Notes: a model not told the origin generated them from the sequence alone. Shown: positions 46,498-56,999, numbered from the stretch's first letter. The stretch is 64,000 nt of DNA from an uncultured bacterium (GCA_963777505.1 CAVZQN010000004.1:1280001-1344000); one strand, 5' to 3'. Program-made: numbers and translations.

Positions 46498-47171
46498 TTA
46501 GTCATCTTCAAGCTTATCTTGCAAGGAATGTACATGTTCCTTCATACGCTCCAGACGGATCCGGAAACGCATCAGAATCGTGTACAGGATTAAGAATGTC
46601 ATAAAGCAAATCAAGACGGAGTACCACATTCTGGGGTCAAGATCTACTTTGTCGGGTGAAATTACACGCGGGTGGATTGTTCGCCACCAGTAAATCGACA
46701 GATACACAATCGGCACATCAACAAAACCGATGATTCCATACACTGAGGCATAAGTGCGGACTGATGGATGATGTGCAAGCGAGGATCTCAGAATCAAATA
46801 TGCTACGAAAATCAGCCATAAAACAAAGGTGCTCGTTAGCCTTGGATCCCAGGTCCACCAAACATTCCACACAGGCTTGGCCCAGATCGGTCCTGTGACA
46901 AGCACAATTGTACAGAACAAAACTCCCAGTTCTGCAGCTGCGTGAGCAAAATGATCATAACGTTTGTCTTTTTTTAACAAATATAAAATGCCGCCGGCAA
47001 ACACGAAGAAAAAGAAAGCAAACTTGTCCACGCGCTGGATACATGAAAATAAAAAATACGCTGGACAACACCCATGACACGTTCCTGAGGGGCATAAATA
47101 AAAGCTGCATACAGAGCAATCGGCATCATTGCGAATACAAGAAAAAGCAGCAACCGATCCAAACGAGACAT
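46498..47171 (-). CDS. ccmC: Heme exporter/cytochrome c biogenesis protein C, with a one-base frameshift near 47011 (probably a homopolymer error)
   Basis: GGAGG RBS; MGVVQRIFYFHV in one frame, then TGPIWAKPVWNVWWTWDPRLT and WWRTIHP in the next. Confidence 0.88.
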
Positions 47172-47173
47172 CG

Positions 47174-47845
47174 TTAGGCGTCCTCCAATATCCATTGATA
47201 TGACCAATACGAAAGTACGACGTAAATCACATCAAACGCGATTAATAACTTTAGCCAGTTAAAGAATTGTTCCATCCTTAATTGGTTCAATAGAATTATC
47301 GAGGCCTTGACCGCCATAATTAAAACAGGAATCAAGATCGGAAATAGTAAAACAGATAATAAGATCTCACGATTTTTTACATCCAGTGCCATTGTTGCAA
47401 GCAATACACCAATCGAGCAATAGCCGATGGCCGCAAGGATGATGATGAGATATAACCAGAGAGAATTGAGAGTAAATTGAAAATTAAAAAGAATATGAAA
47501 AACGGGGAAAAGAATCGTTTCAAGAGCTACAAGAAAAATTGTGGCAGAAAGCATTTTTCCTAAGAAAAGTTTTCCTGGCGATGTAGGGCTGATTAAAAGA
47601 CCTGCGAGTGAATTTTCTTCTTTTTCAGATGCGAGAGTATGGTTTAAAAACAAAAGACCTGAAAATAAAAATGAAATCCAGAGAATTCCGGGAGCGATTA
47701 TGCTTTGTTGATCGCCGGCGACAGAAAGCGAAAAGTTTCCAACAACGAGAACGAGCAACCCGAAGAAGAGTGTTGGCAGAAAGGTTTGCCTGCTTCGATA
47801 TTCGACAATTAAGTCTTTTCGAATGATGGCTGAAATCACATTCAT
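47174..47845 (-). CDS. ccmB: Heme exporter protein B
   Basis: KDL..E.R, PGILW, E.EE.SL.GL, GK, LL..LLFP..IP. Confidence 0.9.
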   Translation of the reverse strand: MNVISAIIRKDLIVEYRSRQTFLPTLFFGLLVLVVGNFSLSVAGDQQSIIAPGILWISFLFSGLLFLNHTLASEKEENSLAGLLISPTSPGKLFLGKMLSATIFLVALETILFPVFHILFNFQFTLNSLWLYLIIILAAIGYCSIGVLLATMALDVKNREILLSVLLFPILIPVLIMAVKASIILLNQLRMEQFFNWLKLLIAFDVIYVVLSYWSYQWILEDA

Positions 47846-48546
47846 GCAATTACCTTCCTGTAAAATTCTTCAATTTCAGGGGCAATTTCGGAACGAGATC
47901 CGTAAAAGATTTGTCTTCCATTTTTTAAGATCAGAAATTTATCAGCAATTTCATACGCTCGATGAAGTTCATGTGTAGTCAGGATGATTGAACATATCTT
48001 CTTTTGCTGAGCGACAATGTCCTCTAACAATAAAGTGGCATCTATATCCAGGCCGGTGAAGGGTTCATCCAAAAGCAAGAGTTGAGGCGTCGCAAGCATC
48101 GCGCGAGTGAGCGCTAATCTTTGTTTCATTCCACGGGAAAATGTCTGAACAAGTTGGTGCTGGGCCTCTTGCAGCTGAAAGGAAGCAAGCAATGAATCGA
48201 TGGAGGGCGATGCATCATACAGTTCTGCGAAGAACTCCAGATTTTCACGTGCAGTCAGTTTATCGTACAAAAATGTTTCATGCCCGAGATATCCAATTTG
48301 CTTTTTGATCGAAGCTTCCCGCTTTCCGGAACCTAGAATGATGCACTTGCCATCAACTTTGAGCAGACCTGCGATCAGTTTTAGGATTGTACTTTTGCCA
48401 GCTCCATTCGGTCCTAAAATTGCAAGGACTTCGCCTCGTTTGAGTTCAAAATGAATATCGCGAAGGATCGTAGTGAGGCCGATCTTATAACGCTGAAATT
48501 CAAGTTGTAATGCGAGCTCAGGAGTGTAGTTTTGTTGTGTCTGCAT
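47842..48546 (-). CDS. ccmA: Heme ABC exporter ATP-binding protein
   Basis: GPNGAGKS, YLGH, LTARENL, FSRGMKQR, LLLDEP. Confidence 0.9.
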   Translation of the reverse strand: MQTQQNYTPELALQLEFQRYKIGLTTILRDIHFELKRGEVLAILGPNGAGKSTILKLIAGLLKVDGKCIILGSGKREASIKKQIGYLGHETFLYDKLTARENLEFFAELYDASPSIDSLLASFQLQEAQHQLVQTFSRGMKQRLALTRAMLATPQLLLLDEPFTGLDIDATLLLEDIVAQQKKICSIILTTHELHRAYEIADKFLILKNGRQIFYGSRSEIAPEIEEFYRKVIA

Positions 48547-48844
48547 TGACGGCTATTGTCGGAGAGGCTTCCGTTAATTGATCCGCTTGTTTCATTAATT
48601 CAATCGCTTCAAGGGAAAGTTTTTCTTTAATCTGCAGATAATCAGGTTCCCCAATTTTCTTCAAACGGAAATCATATTCAAGATCATTCAATGCGGAAAG
48701 TGTTTCTTCTTTGCGATGCAGGATATTTTCAAGTTCCTGGCCGCCGGATGTGAGCTGCCGGTTTCGGTAGGCTTTATCAAAGAAAGGAAGAATTGCATAA
48801 AGAGCAAATAAGACTGCAAGCAGAATAAACAAAAACCAGATCAC
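48518..48844 (-). CDS. Single-TM protein resembling the CcmI N-terminal region
   Basis: TM helix ending in PF; L.DLEYDF...KI...DY motif; lies within the ccm cluster. Confidence 0.6.
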   Translation of the reverse strand: MIWFLFILLAVLFALYAILPFFDKAYRNRQLTSGGQELENILHRKEETLSALNDLEYDFRLKKIGEPDYLQIKEKLSLEAIELMKQADQLTEASPTIAVNADTTKLHS

Positions 48845-49314
48845 TTCCGTTTCTCCAGCTCTTCATCCAGAAGTTTCCTGTAATGTTCATCATTTTCTTT
48901 TTCTTGAGAGTTCGGATCCACAGGCGGGGTATTTTCAGGTTTTTCTTGCTGTCTCTTGAGGAATGCAAACAAAAAGATTGCCCCAACAAGAAATCCAATG
49001 GGAGTAATCATCCAGGCTGTGAGATGAAAGCCTTTTTTAGGCGGCGCAGAAAGAACTGTGTCGCCGTATTGTGCAACATAGGATTTGATAATCTGATCCT
49101 CGTTCATCCCTTGATCAATCATTTTCTGAATGTCCGATTTGATCTGATCCGCCGTGCTGCACCCACATTGACTTACAACAAGATGAGGACATGTGCCGCA
49201 ATAACAAGATAATTTCCCGGCAACGCTTTCCATAGTGGTCGCAGCTTCGAGAAGTCTCGTGAAAAGAAATAGTACTATGATTATAGTATTACAAACGCTG
49301 AAAGGCCGGTTCAA
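48841..49314 (-). CDS. ccmH: Cytochrome c biogenesis protein CcmH-like
   Basis: TTG start overlapping the ccmF stop, with AGAGG RBS; LSCYCGTC...CGC...I..MI..G..E.QI...V.QYG..VL..PP..G...W..P. Confidence 0.8.
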   Translation of the reverse strand: MNRPFSVCNTIIIVLFLFTRLLEAATTMESVAGKLSCYCGTCPHLVVSQCGCSTADQIKSDIQKMIDQGMNEDQIIKSYVAQYGDTVLSAPPKKGFHLTAWMITPIGFLVGAIFLFAFLKRQQEKPENTPPVDPNSQEKENDEHYRKLLDEELEKRK

Positions 49315-51299
49315 CTTGATACCTCTGACGTCGCTTCTTGAACCGTGCTGAAAACACGTTCTTTTCCGAAACTCGGGGATAAAACGATGATTCCGCCAAA
49401 CAACATAATAAAACCGCCCCACCAGAGCCAGCTCACAAGCGGATTTACATAAACCTTAAAGGTGGCTTGTCCTTGTTCATCCCAGCCTGCAAGAATGATG
49501 TAGAGATCTTCATTCCAAAAGGAACGGAGTGCAACTTCGGTTGTTGGCTGATCAGAATTTTTATAAAAATGGCGTTCAGGAATCAAAAATCCCGCTGGTT
49601 TACCGTTTCGAATTACTTCAATCTTGGCACGAACCAGTTCCTTATGTGAATCTTTATGGAATTCAATATCTCTGTAAATCAGTTGATAACCTCGCGCCTG
49701 AAAGGATTGGTTTAGTCGCACCATTGCATCTTTTTCAAGACTGAAGAATGAACTTGCAGCAATTCCGATCATTAAAACAGCCATTCCTGTATGGATAATA
49801 AACCCGCCATATCTGCGGCTGTTACGCTGTACGAGATTATAAAAAGCGACGGGCGCATTTTCACGAATCATTGCCATTCGTGCTTGAGTCCCTTTGCTGA
49901 ACTCAAAATACACAGTCGCCATCACAAAAACGGTAGAAAAGAAAAAGAGCAATGCTACCCAGTGTCTGATTCCAAATGCAATCAAGACAACGACTGCGAG
50001 TGTGCCCATGAGTCCTGGTACAAGGAAACTTCTTTTCAAATTGTTAAGTCCTGCTTTCCGCCAGGCGATCAACGGGCAAATTCCTGTTAATAGAATTAAT
50101 CCAATCGCAAACGGCGTCACAACCTTATTGAAAAACGGAGCACTTACAGTCACCTTACTGCCTGTAACCCATTCAGACAAGATTGGAAATGTTGTTCCAA
50201 GCAAAACTGCAAGGCAGATCACAAGAAAGAAAATGTTGTTAAATAAAAAACTACTCTCACGGCTTACGAACGATTCAAGTCTCGCTTCTGGCTTAAGTTC
50301 TTTTCTGCGATACATAAGGAAAAAGACGCTGATTGCAATTTGAATTCCAAGAAAAATCGCGAAATATTTTCCGATTGGCGATTGAGCAAACGAATGGACT
50401 GATGAGACTACGCCGCTGCGTGTCAGAAATGTTCCAAAAATCGAAAGTGTAAATGCTGTAATGACAAGCACCATATTCCAGAACTTCAACATCCCTTTCT
50501 TTTCTTGAACCATGACTGAATGTAGAAATGCAGTCGATGCAAGCCATGGCATCAGCGAAGCATTTTCAACTGGATCCCATGCCCAATAGCCACCCCAACC
50601 GAGCTCAATGTAAGCCCAGTAAGAACCTTGTAAAATTCCCAGCGTTAAGAATAACCAGCCAAACAAAGTCCATTTACGGATTGCTTTGAGCCAGCTCACA
50701 TCCAGGCGTCCGGTGATTAGGGCAGCCATTGCAAAAGCGAATGGAACAGAAACGCCAACATAACCGATATAAAGCGAAGGCGGATGGGTAGCCATCCAGT
50801 AGTTCTGAAGTAAAGGATTCAGGCTTTGACCTTCGATCGGGATCGGTGAAAGTTTGCTGAAAGGATCCGCCGCAAAAAGAACCAGACTTAAAAAGAATAA
50901 TGTGATGCCCATCATCACTGCTGTTACATATGGCATCAGTTGCCGATTCTTGTTTTGGTTTTGCATTACGGCGACGAGCGAATACATGGACAGAATGAAT
51001 AGCCAGAACAGAAGTGAACCAGCCTGACCACCCCACAGCGCCGTGATCTTATACGGCAGCGGAAGCGTCGTGCTTGTGTAATGAGCAACGTATTCAAATT
51101 GGAAATTGCTCGTAATGAGGGCATGAATGAGGATTCCGCAAGCTGTTACGACGAGAAAGACGACTCCAAGAACAGCACGTTCCCCGGCTTCAACAAAGTC
51201 GGCTCGACGAAATCGAGCTCCTAAAATTGATGAAACGATACTGAAAATACAAAGTGCGAAGGCACTCAGCAATATAAAGCGTCCAATTTCAGCAAGCAT
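49311..51299 (-). CDS. ccmF: Heme lyase CcmF
   Basis: WGGQAGSLL, LNPLLQ, HPP, WAY.ELGWGGYWAWDPVENAS, TRSGV.SVH, H.G. Confidence 0.96.
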   Translation of the reverse strand: MLAEIGRFILLSAFALCIFSIVSSILGARFRRADFVEAGERAVLGVVFLVVTACGILIHALITSNFQFEYVAHYTSTTLPLPYKITALWGGQAGSLLFWLFILSMYSLVAVMQNQNKNRQLMPYVTAVMMGITLFFLSLVLFAADPFSKLSPIPIEGQSLNPLLQNYWMATHPPSLYIGYVGVSVPFAFAMAALITGRLDVSWLKAIRKWTLFGWLFLTLGILQGSYWAYIELGWGGYWAWDPVENASLMPWLASTAFLHSVMVQEKKGMLKFWNMVLVITAFTLSIFGTFLTRSGVVSSVHSFAQSPIGKYFAIFLGIQIAISVFFLMYRRKELKPEARLESFVSRESSFLFNNIFFLVICLAVLLGTTFPILSEWVTGSKVTVSAPFFNKVVTPFAIGLILLTGICPLIAWRKAGLNNLKRSFLVPGLMGTLAVVVLIAFGIRHWVALLFFFSTVFVMATVYFEFSKGTQARMAMIRENAPVAFYNLVQRNSRRYGGFIIHTGMAVLMIGIAASSFFSLEKDAMVRLNQSFQARGYQLIYRDIEFHKDSHKELVRAKIEVIRNGKPAGFLIPERHFYKNSDQPTTEVALRSFWNEDLYIILAGWDEQGQATFKVYVNPLVSWLWWGGFIMLFGGIIVLSPSFGKERVFSTVQEATSEVSS

Positions 51300-51334
51300 A
51301 AATTCGGTTCGACCGGGGCGATACGATTAATCTA

Positions 51335-51760
51335 TTAAAGGCTTGTATTCTTTGCCCTTTCACCCTTTTGTTCTTGAGGTTCATATTTTGTTGGGCATTT
51401 CGCAAGCAGAGTCGTGGCATGAAAAATCCTGCGCTCAGAGTCATATTTACCTTCTACTACTACATCGGAACCATCTTTGAAAGTATCCGGAACAACGCCA
51501 TGATATTCCACATTAACTGTATTCGCCGGCGTATGTCCATGAATACCGAAACTATAATCAAGCTGCGCTTTTTGAATGGTTCCTTCGATTACTTTCCCAT
51601 TCACTTTGATGGTTTCTCCATTCAAAGAGCTTGCTTTAGGCAGAAACTCATCTACATGGTAGTAATAAACCATATTCGAATTTAATCCAGTGTAGACGAG
51701 AAACCCTAAAGAACTGACTACAACAGCGATACTGAGCAATAGTGCGGTTTTTCCATTCAT
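51335..51760 (-). CDS. ccmE: Heme chaperone CcmE, CxxxY variant
   Basis: N-terminal TM, YY, G.VPD.F..G..VVVEG, LLAKCPTKY. Confidence 0.92.
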   Translation of the reverse strand: MNGKTALLLSIAVVVSSLGFLVYTGLNSNMVYYYHVDEFLPKASSLNGETIKVNGKVIEGTIQKAQLDYSFGIHGHTPANTVNVEYHGVVPDTFKDGSDVVVEGKYDSERRIFHATTLLAKCPTKYEPQEQKGERAKNTSL

Positions 51761-51847
51761 GAAAGTCCTATTTTAACACACGCTTAAATATATATAGAGT
51801 CTGCAGTCGAGGGAAAGATACAAATAAGAAAGATCGGGATGCGGGAT

Positions 51848-53677
51848 TCAGGATGCAGGCTTTATGCCTGGCAGTTCTAAACTCACGAATACGCCGAGAT
51901 AACGCTCAGACATTTTGTCAACTTTGGTAATTTTGCCTTGCAAAGATCGAATCTTGAGGCGGTACAAATAAGTCACTCCGGTATTATCACGATCGTAAGG
52001 AACCGGGTCAGACATATAGACTTCACCAGAATAGAAAACTGGCTCCTTAAGCTCAATTTTTGTCTTCTCTCCGCCATCAACAATCACCGTAGTCCCTGAC
52101 ATGGCTGGTTTCAGTTTCAAGTGCAAACGTGAAATCTTTTGAGTTGTCCTCACAATGATTTCACATTCGCGCTCTCCTTTCACCCAAAATCCGATTCTAC
52201 GATCGTAGGTCTCGCGGAAATAAGTGTTGTTATCAGCGAAATATAACAAGTATGTTGGCGGATCATCAAATGCGACTCGAACAGCATTCCGATTGGTATT
52301 GAATGGAAGATCGGCAAGCAGAGTTCGCTCTAACGGTAGTGCTTTAAATATTCCAGCTTTTTGATGATAAGAGTTATCAAACGAACTCAAAATGGGTGTA
52401 AACAAAAATGGCGCTGAAAATAATAAAGATCCTGCGAATGCCAAAATAAGGAGTTTCTTTGAAGGTTCTTGCGTTAGGCAAAACAAAAGTACCGCAAAAC
52501 AATTCATCAAATATCGATTTCCAATGGTTCCAGAGCCTCCAAAATAATTCCATGGCAGCCCGATCATGTAGGACAAAATTCCCACCCAGCCGGCAGCATA
52601 GACGGCAGTAGCAATTCCACTTTTTTTGGAAAAGAAAAAATAGAGAAGTGAGAAGAACATCGGGAAAAAGTACACAGCCAATCCGGAATAGCGTCCAACA
52701 AAGAAATACCCAAGGTTATAAAACATGGATTTAGGAACATAATTGAGCCGGTCAAACCAATCCCAGGGACTAATGTTCAACTTTGATTCTGTTTTTTCGC
52801 CTGTTTGCCCGCCGAACTTTTGAGTAAACGGTGCAAATGGAGATGCTCCAGCCCGACCGTACGGAAAATTGTCATAAAAGACAGCTCGCTTTCCACCCTG
52901 ATAATTCCATTCTCCTGAGTAATGATTGTTTAAAGCAAAAAAAGCTGCTGTTCCCAGAATGAAAATCCCCAGGCAGATGGCTGCAGGCACAAACTTTCGT
53001 TTCCATAACAACCAGATTCCAAGTGGTGCAACTAATGCGGCATTCGTAACCTTGGAAAATGTTGCCATCGCAAAAAGAATTGCCGCGATCGCATAGTTCC
53101 ATGGCGACTTGAACAATTGGAATTTCGATTTCAATTGCTCATCTGCTACAAAAAAGAAAAATCCATAACAAACAAGACTCATATTGAAATATTCAGGAGT
53201 CATCCAAAACATGTAAATAAGGGACGCATTCGCCAGGAAATAAAAGAAAGAAAACATTGCAGCCGTAGATGGCTTCATAATGGAAATGCAGAAACGATAT
53301 GCGCAAAGCAAATTCAACCAGAGCAATACGCCATGAAAAATGAAAAACCCGTTCGTGCCGAACACCTTTACAAACGGAGCAGCAGCCATTGAGTACAGAA
53401 ATGCTTTCGCGAAAACGATTGTGTTCTGTTCCTCGTTTATTTTCAGAACGATCCCTTGCGGACCTGCAGCGAACTCGCGATAAACGCGGATCAAATCATT
53501 TTGCTGAAAAACCATGTCGCCATCTTCAGCAAAGCTATAAGCCATTGTGTAATACACCGATTCATCGCTGAAGAAAGCTCGCGTTAGTGCCAGTGGATTG
53601 GTCGCAAACCCCGCTGCAATGAACAGCAACCCAGCAAGGTGAATCGCCCACACAGGGGATAGAAACTTCTTAGTCAT
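51848..53677 (-). CDS. Multi-pass membrane glycosyltransferase-like protein (GT-C fold)
   Basis: FSDESVYY acidic loop after TM1, many TM helices, GNRY motif, soluble C-terminal domain. Confidence 0.65.
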   Translation of the reverse strand: MTKKFLSPVWAIHLAGLLFIAAGFATNPLALTRAFFSDESVYYTMAYSFAEDGDMVFQQNDLIRVYREFAAGPQGIVLKINEEQNTIVFAKAFLYSMAAAPFVKVFGTNGFFIFHGVLLWLNLLCAYRFCISIMKPSTAAMFSFFYFLANASLIYMFWMTPEYFNMSLVCYGFFFFVADEQLKSKFQLFKSPWNYAIAAILFAMATFSKVTNAALVAPLGIWLLWKRKFVPAAICLGIFILGTAAFFALNNHYSGEWNYQGGKRAVFYDNFPYGRAGASPFAPFTQKFGGQTGEKTESKLNISPWDWFDRLNYVPKSMFYNLGYFFVGRYSGLAVYFFPMFFSLLYFFFSKKSGIATAVYAAGWVGILSYMIGLPWNYFGGSGTIGNRYLMNCFAVLLFCLTQEPSKKLLILAFAGSLLFSAPFLFTPILSSFDNSYHQKAGIFKALPLERTLLADLPFNTNRNAVRVAFDDPPTYLLYFADNNTYFRETYDRRIGFWVKGERECEIIVRTTQKISRLHLKLKPAMSGTTVIVDGGEKTKIELKEPVFYSGEVYMSDPVPYDRDNTGVTYLYRLKIRSLQGKITKVDKMSERYLGVFVSLELPGIKPAS

Positions 53678-53720
53678 AGGCTACTCATTGTATCAGGCAG
53701 TTTGTGCCCTTTCGCGATTG

Positions 53721-53860
53721 CAGGGGAGCAGAGGTGCAGAGGGCAGGGGTGAAAGAAGCAATTAACGGTTGATGCATAGAATCAAACAACTAATCCTGCT
53801 TTCTCCCTCTCCCCTGCACCCCTGCCATAGGAAGGGAGAAAGAGGGAAGGGGAGATAGGG
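53721..53860. repeat. Octamer-derived arms in opposing orientations
   Basis: CAGGGGAGCAGAGGTGCAGAGGGCAGGGG ... CTCCCCTGCACCCCTGC ... GGGAGAAAGAGGGAAGGGGAG. Confidence 0.7.
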
Positions 53861-53885
53861 AGGCCCGAAGAGCCACTGATTGTGA

Positions 53886-56252
53886 TTAAGCGATTGAGTC
53901 TGGGTCAATGTCGATCGAATACTGTGAGTGTCGTTTTGGATTTTGTTCATAGTGACGAAGTGCTTCACGAATGCAATGCCGCAATTCTTTTCGAGATGCG
54001 CTTTTAACCAAAATCTGAAAGCGGTTCAGACCCGAAATTTTTGCGATCGGCGCAATCGCCGGACCAATTGTTCTCATGGTTTCAGTCTTCATCGCCAGCA
54101 GCAGTTTTGCAAACTCACGAGCTTCTTCCAAGGTTGCTCGCGGATCTTTGCCTGAAAAAACTATATTAGCGAGCGAAACATAAGGCGGATAATTCATCAA
54201 TCTACGGAATCTGATTTCTTTCTCGTAAAATCCTTCATAACTCTGATTCATCGCGCAACGGATTGCATAATGATCCGGATGAAAAGTCTGCAATATAACC
54301 TGTCCTCGATCACGTCCTCTTCCACTACGGCCGGCAACTTGAGTTAAGAGTTGAAATAATTTTTCGGAAGAACGGAAATCAGGAATTCCTATCGATGCAT
54401 CGGCTCCCGCAACACCAACGAGGGTGACATCCGGGAAGTCATGACCTTTAGCCAGCATTTGTGTGCCTACAAGTATGTCAATTTCCTTTTTTGCAAAATT
54501 CGAAAGGATCCTTGAAATGCTTCCACGTTTGCGGGTTGTATCGCGATCGAAACGTTGAATTCGTGCTTCTGGAAAACGTTTCTCCAGTCCCTCAACAATT
54601 TTTTCCGTTCCGCTTCCAAATAAATGTAAAAGTGGACTCTTACATTCTTCGCATCTAGTTGGTGAGAGGCGTGCGTAATCACAATAGTGGCAACGCATGC
54701 GATTCGCGCTTTTGTGATACGTCAAAGTAACGCTGCAATTCGGACAATCGAGAACGTTACCGCATTCCCGGCACATCAATAATGATGCATATCCACGGCG
54801 ATTTTGAAGAACTATAACCTGATCCTTTTTCGCAAGTCGATTTTCAATTTGTTCCAACAGATATCGTGAAAAAACTGGATCACCTGTAAGCCTGTATTCT
54901 TCTTTCATATCTACAAGATGAACTTTAGGTAGTTGTCGTTCTTCGACGCGGTATGGAAGCGACAGATATTCAGATTTTCCGTTGCCTGAATTGAAAAACG
55001 ATTCGATGGAAGGTGTTGCTGATCCTAAAAGCACCGGGCATTTTTCATAAAGCCCTCGCATGATTGCAGTTTCGCGCGCGTGGTAGCGCGGATATTCTCT
55101 TTGCTTGAACGATGAATCGTGTTCTTCATCCAGGACGATCAAACCAAGATTTTTCAAAGGTGCAAAGACTGCGGATCGTGTTCCGATTACTATACGAACA
55201 TCACCCCGCCGCGCTTTTTGCCATTCTTCTACACGCTCGCGATCGGTGAGTTCACTATGCAAGATACTGAGATGCTGTCGCAGGGCATGTTCTGCGCGAT
55301 GGACGAATAACGGAAGCAATGCAATTTCCGGAACAAGAATCAAAACCGATTGGCTTTTGGATAAAACCTCTTTTGCAATTCGCAAATAAACTTCAGTTTT
55401 TCCAGAACCAGTCACGCCATGAATCAAGAAAACTCCGAAGTCTCCCAGTCCATTCCGCAGTTTTTGTAAAGCATCCGTCTGAGCTTCATTCAACTCTTTT
55501 ACTGGATTTACGTTCGGCCAAATATTTTGCGGCGAAGCAGGAAGCCAGAAACAGCGAATAATATTGTTTTTCGCCATTGATCGGATCGCAATAGGGGCAT
55601 TCTTAAATTGATTGCGAAGGTCTTCCACCCAGACGGCTCCCGGCTGATTTTGAAGATACTCAAAAATTTCTCGCTCTTTTGGCTTTTGCGGAGGAATGGC
55701 CGTTTCAATCAGTTCTACCATGTTATAGCCGCGTCGTTTTTCCTTTTTTGAAGCTGTGATTTCTACTTTGCCTTGCTCTTCTAAACTTCTCAGCTGCGAA
55801 AAGGTCCCTTTATGACCGAAGAGTTCATAAAGTTTTTTTAGTGGAAGAGATTTTTTATCTGAGAGTACCTGGAGTAATGCGTGCTGGCCTGCGTTAAATT
55901 CACCCGTTGCTGTTAGTGTTACCAAAGTTTCAGGCCGCACATCCAAACCGGGAGGCAGTGCCGACTTTAAAATATCTCCCCAATCCGCAATATAGTAATC
56001 CGACATCCAGCGCGTTAGCTTGAGCATTTCATCGGAAAACAAATTCTCACGATCCAATACATCTGCAACGGCTCTAACATCGAAATCAGATGGAACTTCT
56101 GATTCTTCGCTTTCCACAAATCCAGAAACAAATCGTGAGCCAAGCGGCACAAGAACACGCATGCCCGGCTCGAGACTCTTCATATCATCCGGGACAGAGT
56201 AGGTTAAATCTTGAAGCGGAGAGCGTGGGATTGTGACACGAACGTATTGCAT
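53886..56252 (-). CDS. priA: Primosomal protein N'
   Basis: GVTGSGKTEVY, DEEH, GSATPS, NRRGY, four CxxC pairs, GTQMLAKGHDF, QVAGRSGR. Confidence 0.97.
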   Translation of the reverse strand: MQYVRVTIPRSPLQDLTYSVPDDMKSLEPGMRVLVPLGSRFVSGFVESEESEVPSDFDVRAVADVLDRENLFSDEMLKLTRWMSDYYIADWGDILKSALPPGLDVRPETLVTLTATGEFNAGQHALLQVLSDKKSLPLKKLYELFGHKGTFSQLRSLEEQGKVEITASKKEKRRGYNMVELIETAIPPQKPKEREIFEYLQNQPGAVWVEDLRNQFKNAPIAIRSMAKNNIIRCFWLPASPQNIWPNVNPVKELNEAQTDALQKLRNGLGDFGVFLIHGVTGSGKTEVYLRIAKEVLSKSQSVLILVPEIALLPLFVHRAEHALRQHLSILHSELTDRERVEEWQKARRGDVRIVIGTRSAVFAPLKNLGLIVLDEEHDSSFKQREYPRYHARETAIMRGLYEKCPVLLGSATPSIESFFNSGNGKSEYLSLPYRVEERQLPKVHLVDMKEEYRLTGDPVFSRYLLEQIENRLAKKDQVIVLQNRRGYASLLMCRECGNVLDCPNCSVTLTYHKSANRMRCHYCDYARLSPTRCEECKSPLLHLFGSGTEKIVEGLEKRFPEARIQRFDRDTTRKRGSISRILSNFAKKEIDILVGTQMLAKGHDFPDVTLVGVAGADASIGIPDFRSSEKLFQLLTQVAGRSGRGRDRGQVILQTFHPDHYAIRCAMNQSYEGFYEKEIRFRRLMNYPPYVSLANIVFSGKDPRATLEEAREFAKLLLAMKTETMRTIGPAIAPIAKISGLNRFQILVKSASRKELRHCIREALRHYEQNPKRHSQYSIDIDPDSIA

Positions 56253-56267
56253 GAATTGACGGATCCG

Positions 56268-56999
56268 CTATGCACTTTCCTGCAGAGTTTTCCGGACAAG
56301 TTTTAAATCTTCCCATGCTTCCGGTTTTTTTTGCGGTGACCGCAAAAGAAAAGAAGGGTGATACGTCGCGATTACCCTACCAAACGGCATTTCATAAACG
56401 CGATTGCGAAGAAATGAAATGGAAGATTTTGATTCCAACAGTAGTTGCGCAGAAAATGTGCCCAGCGCAAGAATGATTTTCGGTTTGATAATTTCAATCT
56501 GCTTGAAAAGAAATGGCGAACAGGTATGAACTTCATCCGGCTCAGGCGGACGATTGTTTGGCGGCCGGCATTTCAACACATTCGCTATGAATACGTCTTT
56601 TCTTTCAAAATGAATCGCCTTAATCATTTGCATGAGCAATTGTCCGGCACGGCCTACAAACGGACGCCCTTGAATATCTTCATCTGCGCCTGGTGCTTCA
56701 CCGATCAGCATTAACTCGGCCGAAGGATTCCCTTCGCCAAACACGATTGTCTTTCTGCCGCGATGTAGTTTGCAGCGTGTACAATTTCCAATCTCCTGAA
56801 GCCGTAAAGTTTCTAAAAGTTCCTGATTCTGTGAAATACCTGCAGAAAGCTCCACGCTGTTTGAAGATACATTGGAAGGAAGAAAGACTTCAGTTATTCC
56901 AAGATCACGGAAGAGATCGAGCCAGTCTTGTAGTGCATTTTCAGGCGTGACTGACGATTGGACGGCTTTTGAGTTCTGTTGTTCGTTCAATGATGACAT
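56268..56999 (-). CDS. Uracil-DNA glycosylase family 4 (start uncertain)
   Basis: CTRCKL, GEAPGADED, PFVGRAG, KCRPP.NR, YHPS. Confidence 0.92.
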   Translation of the reverse strand: MSSLNEQQNSKAVQSSVTPENALQDWLDLFRDLGITEVFLPSNVSSNSVELSAGISQNQELLETLRLQEIGNCTRCKLHRGRKTIVFGEGNPSAELMLIGEAPGADEDIQGRPFVGRAGQLLMQMIKAIHFERKDVFIANVLKCRPPNNRPPEPDEVHTCSPFLFKQIEIIKPKIILALGTFSAQLLLESKSSISFLRNRVYEMPFGRVIATYHPSFLLRSPQKKPEAWEDLKLVRKTLQESA

